Source: the human T2T-CHM13v2.0 reference genome, Homo sapiens. Taken from it: DNA of 64,000 nucleotides. Below are positions 31,316 to 46,305 of the stretch, in pieces. The notes beneath the pieces are model-generated. The model was not told where the DNA came from. It ran no database searches and was given only the letters and a program-made list of their open reading frames with translations. Each line of letters opens with the position of its first letter. Position 1 is the first letter of the stretch. The stretch is from assembly GCF_009914755.1 (NCBI RefSeq), contig NC_060934.1; one strand, given 5' to 3'. Made by a program: the position numbers and the translations under genes.

Positions 31316-31539
31316 AAAGTTAGAAAATTTTAAGAATTTAGATTTTATTTAATAAGCAGTAGGGAGACTGTGTATTTCTTTGGTCTGGACAATAAATGGT
31401 CAAAATAGTATTTTAAAGAAGTATTCAGATGAGTGTATATCAAAATTCATATGTATGAAACATCAGGTTATGAGATATTGACTTGGGTCTGTGGGTCATC
31501 AGTTGATCCTGAAGGTCTCTTTCTGTTTTCATCCCACAG

Positions 31540-31649
31540 GTTGTTATTTTGTACTTTGAGCCAAGCACATTTCGCTGTATTCTCCTAAGATGGGCTCGTC
31601 TTCTCGGTTTTGCTACTGTTTACGGAACTGTCACTCTCAAACTTCACAG
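31540..31649 (+). CDS. GPR158: GPR158 internal coding exon (probably exon 6): VVILYFEPSTFRCILLRWARLLGFATVYGTVTLKLH(R); end of TM2, ECL1, TM3
   Basis: Polypyrimidine tract plus cccacAG acceptor (31538-39); 110-nt open frame, phase 0 start; AG|gtatat donor, phase 2. Peptide recognised as GPR158, with the TM3 Cys and KLHR motif. Absent from the ORF track (short, no ATG). Confidence 0.96.
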
Positions 31650-34600
31650 GTATATACATTTTATTCATCGTCATTCTCATGGAAAGATCAAACTAATCAG
31701 CTTGGCACATAATTGTTAGCTGGGCTGACCACTTAAATGGCTCAGTTTCAAGAATTTACATAGCAAGATACTATATATTTTTCACTTTCAAGGTGTGACA
31801 TCTTTTGGATTCTTCAGGGAAATATTTAATACAACTGAATTGTTTGAACAAGATGCTTCAATAAAATGTGTCATTGGTTATGGAAAGGGTTAGTTCCTAA
31901 TAAAGTTTAAAATATGAAACAGTATTTACTAGTTCAGAGCAGGAAGGAATACAAAGGTAATACAGCTGAAATAAGGATACATATCCAGAGTGACCATAGA
32001 ATCCCATACAGAAACACACTTATTTGACAAAAACTACCATCCGCCATTCCCAAGTTCCATACCCCAAGGTAATCCTGCTGATATTCGATGGGTAAAGTTC
32101 AGAAAATAGTGCTTTTGGCTTTTCTCCTAAACCAGTGTGCTTCAGTGATTATCAGCCTTGGAAAATGGAGAATGCTCTAAGTTCCCTAATACTTAGTTCT
32201 AAACCACCTAAATATTGGGGTGGGGCAGGGGAAGCAACAAAATGAACTACCTATCTACAAAGGCTAGGAATGGCTGGAAATTATTCCGGGGCGCTCTCTT
32301 GCCTCCTTTTTCCAGGTTTAAAGAAAGTCTCAATTAAGTGGAATTAAGTGGTGCCAAAGAGCATAGGAGATAAACAATAAACTTTCCCTGCAGGGTAGAA
32401 CTGTATCCCTATAAAGAAAACCCTTTGTACTGATCAGCTTTAAAGCTGTTTCGACAACCATGGTAAGCCATTCATATGTTCATGCTAGTCTGGCCATACA
32501 TGTTTCTGAATAAAAATCTCCTAATATGGGTCATGCAGTGGTTTAATTACACTGTCTACCACGTAAGAAACTTTATTTTCATTTTTTCTCTTTTGGTACT
32601 TAATTGCTGAGAATGCTCTAGATTATCCTTTTATCTTTTTGGGAAAAAAAAGTGAATGTGTTTGACTCTCAAGATTCCCTTCTTATATATGCGGTAAAGT
32701 ACAAAGGATATTGGATTAGGTTTCAGGAGATCCTATTTAAATCCCAATTTAGCCTCTAACTCTAATAAATCATAGGCTTCTGTTTCCTACAAAAGGAGAG
32801 ATTAGACCAGTCTCTAATGTTCTCCCTGACTCTCACTGTATTCTATCCACATCACAGCACACTTCCCTCCGGCATCCTTCTTCAACTACCTTCCAGGTTT
32901 CCATTTCTTATATGATAGCTGTTTTCCAGCTGGTGCTCACCAAAGAAAAGGAGAAATCAATGACAGCCCATGTGGACAATAAGCCTTCTAGAAACCCTGA
33001 AAGAGTAGACACCCCGTTGAGACTTGAAGATAAACTCTGTCCCTGTTAGTCTAGCATTTAGTGTCTAGTGGGTCCTCTATTATAATACTTACGGTGCCTT
33101 ATAGTTTTCTTATTTGTCTTCACTTTCATTTACTTTCTCCTTGTAGTGAGAATTATACCATTATTGAATCCCCAGCACTCAGCACAAATGACTGACCCAT
33201 GGGACATGTTTAATACATATGAGTAGATGAGTGAATGAATGAAAAATGTCAGATGAAGCCCTGGAAGCTGCTTCCCGTCATTCTCTCCACACATAACCCA
33301 TTCATATTCCCCCGACTCACTGTGCTGTACCTCAGCCTGTCTCCAAGTGTCTGGAACACCTAACACTGTGGTCTGCGAGAGTATGTTTAGGGGGATGTGA
33401 AACCCGATGTTCAGTAGCACTGAATCATTTAATGAGAAAATTACTTCCATGCAGGTTCTCCTTCAATCCTTCTGATTATTTTCAGCAGAAAGATTAGTTG
33501 GGAACTAGTAGGTCTTTAACACTTGCTGAATAGTTGCCAATCTTCCTTTGCAATGAAGAGCAGATCAGGCTTCAGTTTCAGAGCTTTTCACTGCAATGCT
33601 GTCTCCATAAGATTCATCATCTTTCTTTCATTGCATTTATTTTTTTAGTTATTTTCTATTTATGGAAAGTGTGACTATCACTAGATAGTGATAAGGTAGT
33701 GATATAAAGCTTCCTTTAAATATTTTAAAACAATAAATATAAATTGACTTAAAGAAATTATTAGCTGATGCACAGATACAGCAGAAATCTTGACACTAGT
33801 ATGCAAATGATTGCAATTTGGGAAACTGTGTTATAACATTATCTCTTTTATTTTAAAAAATGAAATTAAAACTATTCGAAATTAAAACTATTTTCCCTCT
33901 GACTTTGTATCTCTAGAAGTCATTGCAGTGAAGAGTTTCTCCACCAAAGGCTTAAATTGAAACTATTGCTAATGTAATGAGCTGAATCATTCTTATCCTC
34001 TGTGAACCATATGGCTTTACTATTATATTCTGTTTTTTTCTCTATATTGCTTAAATTTAACTGATCCCAACATTGTTTACATCTATAAACTGAACAATCA
34101 GCATCCCATAGAAATGTGAACAACCTGAAGGAAGGACCAGCTGAACCAGCTTTGTGCTCCCCAGATTTAGTGCTATATTTTTCCCATATTATGTATTGAG
34201 ATACTTGTTGAATGAACGAATGGGTGGACGGTCCTAGTGAATGGAGCTGCAAAGGGTGGGTTTGGCTGGTGTCTCCTAGAGTCAAGAAACATATGGCCCT
34301 GAAGGAGGGACGTCTAAGCTTTTGTGATGACATGATAGAGAGGAAAGATGTAAATCCTGACAAATCCAAATTGGAACTTCAATTCTGCCATTACTTATTT
34401 ATACAACAAAGAATAAATTAACATCTGAGAATTAGTTTTCTCATCCGTAAGATGGTTTAAAGTTTAATAACTTTAAGATGGTAAAGTTGTAGGGACTAAG
34501 TATAATTTGAATGTAGGTAAATATGTCAAGTAGGGTTTTTTGGTTGCAAACAAAATGGGTTATGGCTGCACAGAACCAATGGATTTCGCTGAACAGAAAT

Positions 34601-35560
34601 GGATTATGGCTAAATTAAGCAAAAACAGGATTCATTGGAAGGATAGGGGGAATGTCACCCATTGAAGGGAAAGCTAAAGAACAAGACTTTGGAAGGAGCT
34701 GATCCAGGATAGCTTGAGGGATCAAAGTAACCCAAGCTAAGGGATAATGCCTTTTGAATACCATGTCTTCATTTTTATAGGAATTCCACTTTTCATTTCA
34801 AGGTTTTAAAAAATTAAAAGTAAACCATACCTCTCTAGGCAGAAAATTCTCAGGAAATTATGAATACTGATTTATGAAATGACTGTTATAGTCCCTTGAG
34901 GATAGGACACGCAATAAAGATCTGAGTTTTTGTTTTATTTCAGCCATTTCCCTTCTGGCTTAGTGGAATTATTAGATACTTCTTTCTCTTATCACCTGGG
35001 TCTCTCACTAATTGATTGTAGTATTTATAGAATTCCTGTAGCACTGAAAACTTGAAACAAACATGAAAGAGGAACAAGATCACATTCTGTCACCAGAGAT
35101 GAAAATAAATGCTATTTTCATTTGATAAATACTATTAGTCTGGGATGAGAACGTAAAGGTTTTGTTCACTTTTACCAAATCTCCCACTTTTTTCTATGAT
35201 GGTCTCTCCCCACATTTCAGAGTCATATGGCCAAAGACTACTATAATAATCTGAAGGAAAATTATAAAAGGGTCCCTTGTTTATTAACAAATACAGTTGC
35301 ACCAAGTTGGGGTTCGGGGTGAAGTGGCCTGTCCCTTTAGAAAGGTGTATTCTGTTTTTTGTCACTGCCATTGTTTAGAATCACCAGTATATGGTGATTA
35401 TAAAAAGACCAGCTTTTAGTTGGCTTTATTATTGCCTTAAATTCTCACAGACATTTGGAAGAATGTCCTCTTTTTGCCTACACCCCAGGCAGACCACTCA
35501 CATAGCCCCACCTCACTGGCAAGCCACTGATGTGGTGTAATTTATTCAAAGCTGAAACTA

Positions 35561-35914
<354 letters not shown>

Positions 35915-38900
35915 CTAGGTCAGTGTGGATCATAAAGGAAAAGGAGCTGAAGTAGGCACAAACGATGTTTATTTACAAAAAGGAACTTCCTTCAGGAACC
36001 TTGGATGTGTTTGACTTAGTATATAGTGATGTGGGGCAGATCTAAAAGAACACCTAGCATTCCCATGATATGTGGGTTCACAGAACCCCCCTGCTAAGCA
36101 ATTTTCTTTTACAGAAACTTGAGAAGGCAGTATCTCTACGCTCAGAATAGCCAGATATATTTTCAGGAGGCAGAGTGAGCAAATGTTTGAAATGAAAGGG
36201 GGTGAAAAAAGATTTAAAAACTTAATGCTGAAAGAACATTTTCCTATTTCCTATAATATGGTTTCTGAAGACTCTTTGGCTTTTCCTTTTTCTAAGGCTA
36301 ATCAAGAAAAAAAAAACAAAATACTTTTTTTTTGTACTATGTTTCAAATGAATTTTTAAGCAAGCCTGTGAAAAGCTATCTTCTGGCTCTGGCCTGGGAT
36401 TTGTCATTTCATGCATTATTCAGTACTCTTTGCTCTGGGTACAACCCTTAGCTGTTTTCTTCACTGTCCTCATTAGCACCAAATATTTACAGTTTGGGGG
36501 AAGGTTTCTATTTTAAATGTTTTAGTTTGTTTCCTAGTAAAGTTTGAAAAGTGACTGGAAGACATTTACATTTATTTATTTTATGTATTCTTATAAGGAT
36601 ACGTAAATGCAGCTTAGCTTGTGACAACCACTAGGTGACAACAGAGAGTTTAAGATGGCGTCTTAAACTGAAGTGCCTGAAGTGCAGTTATTCGACTTGG
36701 TTGATTGCGTGTAGACTCATCTGCCTCAACAGACCACAGAACAGTGTTGCTTAGCCCTCGTTTATGAAGGCCAAAATATAAATGCCTCTGGAATCCAGAA
36801 GATTCCTCTAATAAAAGTGTTCTTCCATTGACCCCACCCAGCACACAGGTGGATGCTGTTTAAGATCCTAAGTCATGACCCCAAGGGTTTTAACGTGAAG
36901 CAGTTTCAAAACGGTTTTAGCCAGTTTCCCACCTCAGCCAAAATAATACACCAATAAAGCATCCTTTGAACATGTAGCTGTGAACATTGCATTCTGACTA
37001 GAAAATGGAAAGACCTTGCCATGTGAATCCTGGTAATGATATGGATTTCAGGCCCTCCTTTCTGCTGAACTCATGGAGGTTTCTGTCTTTACTGGCTGCC
37101 TACTCTGGGGTGCAGAGTATCTTTAAGTGGAGAATTACTCATAGCGACATTTCTTAAGAACCACGGGATTCACCAGAAAAACAGGACTCATTCTTAAGCT
37201 TCTGAGGAAGGTCTCTTTCCCAGTCAATGAGTGTACTATTTGGACAGGAAGCTGAGCAAGTTCGAAAGCCAAGGAAAGTCTGCTAGCCGCAGAGGTGATT
37301 TGGAAAATATCCAAGCCTTACCTCATACACCCACGCTTCAGATATACCAGTAGAACAGCCAAACATCTTAAAGAAAATTAACATGCTCTAGATGAATGCT
37401 TAGAGGATTAAGGATTGAAGTGACCTTTCAGAACTAACTCTCATACTAGCATTTAAAAACGTTGAAAAAATTTTTGTAAGTGGCTTGACTTGACTTTCTC
37501 TTTTCCTGTTTATTAAAGTGCCACCCTAGGCTTTTTGAGATGAAGATTTAAGGTTTCCCTAAGGACATTTTTATCATTTTAAATTGTACTTAACAGGAAA
37601 GATCAAAAGTCCTTTGGCTCTTAACAAATATAAATTTTCTTCATGATTTTATTAATCGAGGAAGCACTAGTGTGGAATGCACCACAAAGACCCATGCTGG
37701 TGCCCAGACCGTTTTGTGTGCTATCTCTACTCTAGCTAAATCTCAGAAACTCTGTGTAGTTATGGGTCTTAGTTTTACAAACCCTACCTATTTGTCATTT
37801 TCATCATTCATATGCTTGGAAGCACAGAAGGGAGGCCCTTGAAACCTGAGGAATAAGTAGGCTGTGACCTCTCACTTCCTGCATTCGTCTTCTCTTCCTT
37901 GGCATACTTGCAGTCTGTCTGGAGCTTCCTGGAGCTCCCTCGGAATCTTGCACACAGCTTATCATTAGGAATGGCTCCCCCAGAAACCATGAAAACAAGC
38001 ATGAAACTTTCTAAGCTCCAAAGAGTCACTCTTTAATTGTAAAATCTCTAACTGGCTAGAAGATGAGATAGTTCCCTCTGCTCATTCCTCCCCACCCTGC
38101 CGCCTCCAGTGACTTCTGATCCTACTGTCCTGTCCGGCATGCAGAGGCCCCCAGCTAAATGGCCTAATGCTTTTTAACTGGGTTGGTATATACATTTAAC
38201 TTTCAGAAACGAATCAGGGATTTCTGCCATGAGTAGCTCCATTTATAGATTAGTATGTTTAGTCTACTCATAGAAGTAAGAGATTTGGGAAATATAAGCA
38301 TACTGACAAGACATGTTTTATTAACTAGAGGTCTGTATTCATATAAAATCTGTAACATCAATGAGTACCTTTTGAATAAAAATAGAAATAAAAGCAAAAT
38401 CATTTTAATGGTCCTTCCTTTCAGAACACATTAACTATTGGATATGAATAAAATCAGAATGTAGTTAACTCAGAACTAAGGAGACTTAAAGCTTTACTTA
38501 TTTTGTCCCATCTGCAGATGTCCTACTTGCTTTGTTGTATGACACATGACTTTGAAATACACTTTATTTAACATCTACGTTCAAAGCTTTTCAATCTGGA
38601 GCTTCTCTTTTTAAAAAATATTTATATACATGTTCTAATTTCTAATTACAGCATTACTATTTTATGTCTAGATTTCTGAAAAGAGGCTTGGTTAAAATAT
38701 GTAGTTTAAGAGCTATGTGCCATATCTGAAACCCAAGATTTTTTGTTGCCTGAGTTGTTTTGGTTTCAACTTGTTATATGTGTGTGCGCACGTGAGTGTG
38801 TGTTCCAACCAACTTTAAACTTATAAAAACCCATCTGGTAATGCAGAATTAGTACTTAGCAGACTATAGCTGATAAACACTTTATTATCCTAATATTCTT

Positions 38901-39253
38901 CGTTAGCAACTCTCTGTTCAAATCTTGTATACCCTCAAGTGGAAATATTTCTTTTCTTTATGTGAAGTCGGTAAGAGAATGAGTGTGAAATGAGATTACT
39001 TCAGGCAGCAAAAAGGGGAGGGGCAGGTTTCTTTAAAGGTCAAGGTGAGACTCTGCTCCTGCAAGCTGTTCACTGGCATCACCTGCCTGCTGTTGCACCT
39101 CCCTGCTGTCGTCTGGGCCCAGAGTCAGGGTCTTGGCTTGTTTTTGGACGGCTGCACCCACGATTTCTGTGATGTGCCAGAGGCCCACCTGGCTGCCGCT
39201 TACTCTGGTGCCCCTCACCCAGCATTTGTACATGCTCAGTCCGAAACAACTGA

Positions 39254-39900
39254 GTTGTGTTTTTATTTCCATTCAGTTCAAAATAATTTCAAACTTGATT
39301 TATCTTTGACCCATAAGGTAGTTAGAAGTGTGATTTTTTATTTTCCAAATATTAGGGGGATTTCCATGAACTTTTTGTTATTGATTTACAATTTCATTCC
39401 ATTGTCGTGAGAGCACGTACCTTGTGTGACTTCAATCCGCTTACATTTATTGAGACTTGTTTGAAGCCCAGAATATGGTCTATCTTGGTAAATGTTCCAT
39501 GGGCACTTGAGAAGAACGTGTTTTCTTCTATTTGGGAGTTGTTTGGTAATGCTGTTCAAATCTTCGATATCCCTACTCATTAGCTCTCTATTTGTTCCAT
39601 CAGTTATTGAGAGAGGGGTTGGAAATTTCTGATTTGTCTATTTTCTTCACTGTTCTTTCAGTTTTTGCCTCAGGTATTTTGAAGTTTCATTCTGAGATGC
39701 ATAAACATTTAGAGTTGTTATGTCCTTTTCATGAATCAAACCTTTTATTATTATGAAATGACCTTCATCATCCCTTGCCATATTCTCTGCTCTGAAATCT
39801 ATTTTGTCTGGTGCTAATATAGCCACTCCAGTTTCCTTTTGATTGGTGTTAGCATGGTATTTTTTTCCATTATTTTACTTTTGGCCTATTTTTGTCTTTA
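39254..39900 (-). mobile_element. Old L1M ORF2 (endonuclease-region) fragment
   Basis: ccagaatatggtctatcttggtaaatgttccat; atatagccactccag. Confidence 0.8.
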
Positions 39901-40811
39901 TAGTAAGTATTCAGTGGGGTAAGACACTCTCATATTATGCTGGAGAGAGAGTAAATTGATACAGCTCATCTGAAATATGTAGCAATGTGTATCAAGAGCT
40001 TTTTAAAAGCTGGGTTATTTTACTTTTTGAAATCTAAAGAAAAAAATATTAGGTGTGAACAGAGATTTACCTGCAAGAATATTCATTAGAGTGTGGCTTA
40101 TAATAAAGAAATAATGATTTAAGTAAATGGTATGTGCTATCAAAGATCATGTTGTTTACAAAGATAGAATGTTATGAGAATGCTCAGAAAGCCATATTAT
40201 GAGAAAAGCATTACATAAATGATATATTATAATCCTAATGTTATAAAATATTTTATGTACAGAAAAAATACTAGAGAGTAAAAACCATCCAAGAGCTAAT
40301 AGTGTTTATAACTGGTGCTATTTAGATGGTTTTAATTTCTTTACATTTGTTTATAGTTTTATACTTTGACCATGTATTACAGTTTTAATGGAGGAATCAG
40401 TCTGCACTAAAAAGTAGATGAGGCCTTTTGTCACAATATGTAACTCTTCTGATCTGTAACAGGTAAGGTGGTGTGGAAGACACTTTGGGACCTGCAAGGA
40501 AATTTAAGTCAAGAGTTTTTAATATAGTGGTGTGCGAAGGGAAAACAAACAGCACAACCACCAAAGAGTAATCACAATAGCACTTTATAATTAGTTTCCA
40601 AAAGTTTCATTGACAGTGTGACTGTAAGTTATTCTACTTCAATATTAATAATACTATCTAACCAGCTATAAATATGAGCAGTCAAACTCAGCAACTGTTA
40701 TGTACTCACACAGTGAACCTCCTAAATTACTTTTGTGGTTGCATCACGTATTTGTGTATTTTACTGTGGGTTAAGGTTAAGGTAAATGCAATGGTAAGTA
40801 GGATTTTTTAA

Positions 40812-41127
<316 letters not shown>

Positions 41128-42619
41128 TAAAATATTGTTTTTAAAACTTCTTTTATATTGGACTAACACCTAAAGTACATAAAGATATTAATGTGCAACT
41201 ACGCTTTGAGAATTAAATATTTGTCTTTTTGTAAATGATCACACCAGTTAAATGGGAAGTTCATATTTACAAAGAATTTTGTCATCTTTTTGTGGTTCCC
41301 TGTGGTCTAATACCATTCTTAATCTATAATAGTATGCTAAAGAGGCTGCAAAAGTAGAGCAATTAGGTCTTATAAAATTAGATGGAAACTTTCCTTGGAA
41401 ATGGAAACATTTTCGCTATTAGTCATTTCTACCACATTTCAATCTGGACAATCTTGATTACAGAGAAAACAGATTCAAAAAGCTTTCCCTTGTGATATCT
41501 CTAGGAAATACTTAATGTGTGTTTTTTTTTAAGAGAAAAGGCTTTTTTAGACCACAAAAACTAAATCTTGAATTAAGAGTAAGAGCAGATCAAGATTATT
41601 TAAATATTAACATTAAGATGGTGTCATTTTAGGTATTTTCTATCTACAAAACCATGCAATTTTGTGATGCAATTAGTGATGTTTCCCTTTTGAGACTGTA
41701 GTAAAATTGCTCATTTAAGTAATGATGCTATTATGCAACCATCTGTAATAAATTTGTTTTTATAGTCTATCTGAATTCATGTTCTTGAATACCAAAATGT
41801 TATATTAAATAGTAAAACATTACATTTAAAAAAATAATCCTGGAATAAAATTTAAAATTATTTCTGCTGATTAATCAGTGCTAGATAATTGAGATTTAAG
41901 GACAGAATTTATTCTAATAGGTACTTGGCAGACCATGGTCCTAGAATTCATATTTACTCTGGATATAAGGAAATAAACAAGCATGTAATTCCCAAACTGA
42001 ATAATCTGGCTTCTTCTTGATCTTCAGAATAATTGACCATCTGCTTATTGTTTGAAATATCTTTCTGTAGTAAGCTGGGAGTAGGGGAAGCAGTGGGGAG
42101 GGACCAATAGTATCTATATTTAAATCTGTTTCTCTGTAAGCTTTTATGCCAAACTTTTCAAAACTAAACATTTTTGGAGCACAAACACCCAATGGCCATC
42201 AAATGTCCTTTATTTGCAATATTATTACAACTGAAAAGGCTTCAAAGGAGTGGTTTAGGGAACAGGTGTTTATGCTTAGTTAAGGTCTGATTTGAGTTCA
42301 TTCAGCATTGTTGGCCTATATTTGAGGGAATCAACCATGATATGTTATCACATTTCCTCAGTCTTTTCTTACAGATCTACGATTACACAATGAACTCTGA
42401 TGAATAAGGAAGGGTGCATATAAGTTTAAAATAGTCATACCGCAGGTAAGAAATTAGTGCAGAACCCAGGTTTTAAGCCTGCTGAATCTCACATATGGGA
42501 GGAGAACAACCACCAGATGGCTGAAGATACCCTGGGGCTGTAAGAGACTGGGTCTGCAATGTTCAGGAGGATGCAGAAGAATTTTTTTTTTTTTTTTTGC
42601 AAGAAAGAGAACCATTGTA

Positions 42620-45480
42620 TATTTTGTATTGAGGTAAAATTTACATAACAAAATTCACCATTCATAGTATTCTCTTATAATTCTTTTTATTTACATAAAG
42701 TCAGTAGAAATATCCCCACTTTCATTCCTGACTCTAATGAGTCTTTTTTCTTGCTCAGTCTAACTAAAGGTTTGTTAATTTTGTTTATCTTCTGGAAGAA
42801 CCAACTTAGATTGTTTTTAATTGTGTCTGCTGTTTTTCGACTCTATATTTCAATTATTTTCACTCTAATATTTATTATTTTCTCCCTTCAGCTTGTTTTG
42901 GATTAAATTTTCTCTTCGATTTTTAGTTCCTTAAAGTAAAAGATAAGGTTATTGACTTTTTTCATATAAACATTTGCAGTTATAAATTTACCTCAATCAC
43001 TGCATTTACTGCAATCCATAAATTCTGATATGTTTTTATTTCCATTTATGTCAGCTTATCTTCTGTTTTCTCTTTGGTACTTCCTTAACCCATTCGTTAA
43101 GAGTATTTTGTTTAATGTTTACTTATCTGTGAATTTCCCAGTGTTCCTTCTATTATTGATTTCTAATTCAGTTCACTGTGGTCAGAGAAGATACTTTGTA
43201 TGATTTCAATTTTCTGAAATTTATTGAGACTGGTTTTGTGGTCTAACATATGGTCTGTCCTGGGGAATGTTCCACGTGCACTTGACAAGAACGTGTACTC
43301 TGCTGCTGTGGAGATGAATACCCCGTGTTTGTCTGTAAGGTCTAGTTGGCTTATGATGCTGTTCGAGTCCTTTGTCTCCTTATTGTTTGTATGTGCAGAT
43401 ATCCAATCCATTACTGAGAGCAGGACCTTGAAGTCTCCAACTTAGATTATTATTGAACTATCTTTTTCTCTCATCAGTTCTGTTCCTGTTTGCTTCATAT
43501 ATTATGGGGATCTGATGTTTAGTACAGATATGTTCATAACTGTTCATCTTCTTGAGGGATTGACCCTTTTATAATTATATAATGTCATTTTTTGTCTCCA
43601 ACAAATGTTACCTTATAGTATATCTTATCTGATATTAATATAGCTACTTTGGTTATTATTTACGTAAAATATCATTTGCTGCCTTTTTATTTACAACCTA
43701 TTATTTCATTAGATCTAAGGTAACTCTTATAGAAAACATATAGTTGGATCATCTTTTTAAAAATCTCTTCTACCATTTCTACCTTTTAGTTTACATTTAA
43801 TGTTATTACTCTTAAGGAAGGACTTGTTCCATTTTGGTTATTATTTACATAGAATATCATTTGCTACCTTTTTATTTACAAACTATTATTTCATTAGATC
43901 TACGGTAACTCTCTTATAGAAAACATATAGTTGGATCATCTTTTAAAAAATCTCTTCTACCATTTCTACCTTTTAGTTTCCATTTAATATAATTACTCAT
44001 AAGGAAGGACTTGTTCCATTTTGTGATTTGTTTTTATATATTTTACATCCATTTTGTTTCTCAGTTCCACCATTACTGCCTGCTTGGTAAATCGATAGTT
44101 TCTAATATATCATTTTGATTCCCTTCTTGTTTATTTTACTACACGGTTTGGTTATTTTCTGAGTTGTTGCCCTGGAGATTACAGTTAATGCCCTAAATTT
44201 ATAACAGTTTAGTTCAAATTAATACCAACTTTGTTTCAGACGTATACAAAACTTTGCTCCTATTAACTTTTATGCTCCTCTTTTATGTTTTTATTGTTGC
44301 AAATTATATCTTTAAGCATTATGAACTCATTAACACAGATTTATACTTATTGTTTTATGCATCTGTATTTTATCAGAAGTTGCAAAAAAATTTTTAATAA
44401 ACTTTATCTAATAAGGTTAATGTCTGGATGTCTTCAGGTATCGTTTCTATTAGTGTCTTTTCTTTTTTCGTGCTTATGGACCCTATAATCTTGTTCCTTT
44501 GCGTGCCTCATTTTTTTTTTAGAGGCTGAACATTTTGAATATTATATTATGGTAAATCCAAAAATCAGATTCTCCATCCTTTCCAGGCTGGTTTGTTAAG
44601 TGACTTTTATAGTCTGTATTCTTTGTTTTGTGTGGCCATTGAAGTCTCTTTTCTGTTGGGTTAGTAGTCAGCTGGTAATTCAACAGAGATTTTCATAAAG
44701 CTTGGACCAAAAAATACTTTTTAAAATCTGAATTCTTTGCAGATGAACTGCATGTTTGTGTGTTGGGTATGTCATCAACACACATGAGCCTCTATTTCCT
44801 GCATGTGCAGAGCCTGAGGTCGGCAGGAGATGAGAGCTTTGGGCCCTTCTCAGGCCTTTTGTGAGAATGTTCCAGGCTTCTAGATTCCCAGAAATATATT
44901 GGTACTTTTCAATGCTCTTATTCCCCAGATCATCTCATTTCCCATTCTTTCTTCCCAATCTTTTTGTTTAGTCGATTGTTTGTCTTAACCATTATTCATT
45001 GTCCCGGGTAGCATTGACTAATCCACTTGCCTTTAAACTTTTAGATAAATGACACCCGTTAGCTTTGTCAGCCCTAGGAAAATTAGCAGTTGGGTAAAAC
45101 AAAAGCAAGCCCTTTGAGTCAGTCTTTCAGGGATCCACCAACCAGGTCAAAATAAACAGCAGTTCTTTGAAAATAAGGTCCATTGTGCTCCTCTAGTACT
45201 AGGTACCTGTCCTGAGCATGCAGATGTCTTGAAGGCCGCCATTGAGCCTTCAAGGAGCATGAGACGGAATCAAAGAAAGTTGAAATGCTGCATAGCTCTT
45301 TTACTCAGATTCAGCTGTTTTTGTTTTTTCTCTCTTAAGTATCCCCTTCATTTCTATAAGCTCCTAAGTAGTTTCTAGAATTCCAAAAAAGTTGACTCTA
45401 ACAGTTCTTGCTAGTGTGTTGATTGCTTTTATGGACTGATAGACTTTTGAAGTTCCCTATTCCATCATTTTTGAGATTGT
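42620..45480 (-). mobile_element. Old L1M fragment(s), ORF2 5' part extending toward the 5' region
   Basis: ORF ...YTFLSSARGTFPRTDHMLDHKTSLNKFQKIEIIQSIFSDHS (L1 endonuclease domain). Confidence 0.75.
43648..44023. repeat. Tandem duplication, 2 x ~185 bp
   Basis: Units start at 43648 and 43833; about 10 substitutions and one 2-bp indel by eye. Confidence 0.95.
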
Positions 45481-46305
45481 ATTTAAACTGCCTATTCATT
45501 TGTATTTACTGAGTTATAATGAACATGAAAACAGGTAGATAACTGCCATTTTCAGCACTGAACCTCTGATTTAGGAAAATACTGACACATAACAGGAGCT
45601 AATGTTTACTCTCACATCCTATATTGTTATCAAAATTCTTCCAAATTCCATTTTACCCTGCTTCTTCGAGTTTCTGGGATGCTGTATCAACCATAAAACT
45701 TTTTCTTGTTGGTCATAACCGTCAGAAGGACATGTTTAACTAATTGGTCAATTAAATCTTCTTGCCTTCATGTGCTAGATTCTGTAGGGGCTTAGAAAAT
45801 AAACATCTCCCAACTTCAGGAAGATTTATAAGGGTACAGGAAATACCAACTGAATAATAGTGATAATTGGAGAAAATTTTGTGGCCTGGGACTATCAGAC
45901 AAAGATGTAAATTGGATGAGGTTCCTGAGATGAATGTACAAGGATAAATGGGATTTGAATCAGTTTAGACAGACGGCATGGCATTCAAAGGTACGAGCAT
46001 CCAGATTAGAGAGAAAAGAGCATATAGGAAAGTAGAGGGATTGTGGCATGTTTGAAAGGCAGATTCCTGTTGTGCTTTTAAAAGATGATATGGCCCTGAA
46101 CCAGCTGCTAGATAGTTCTATTTTAGTAAAATACTGTAACTGAAAAAAGTACTCACATGAGAGTAAGAAGATAGGAGTTTTGAGATGATTTTGCTACTGA
46201 CTGTTTTGCTTTAGATAAATGACTCCCCTCACTGGGCCTCAGAATTGTCTTTTACACATTAGGGGGATTAGAACAGATCATGCCGAGAGGCATTTCAGCT
46301 CTAAC

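Noticed and set aside
33920-34369. 149-aa minus-strand ORF
   Set aside because: No recognisable protein features; overlaps degenerate L2/MIR-like sequence.
36620-36645. Repeated gtgacaac motif (RFX half-site-like); also an isolated AP-1 motif near 12144
   Set aside because: Short motifs occur by chance; no supporting evidence from sequence alone.
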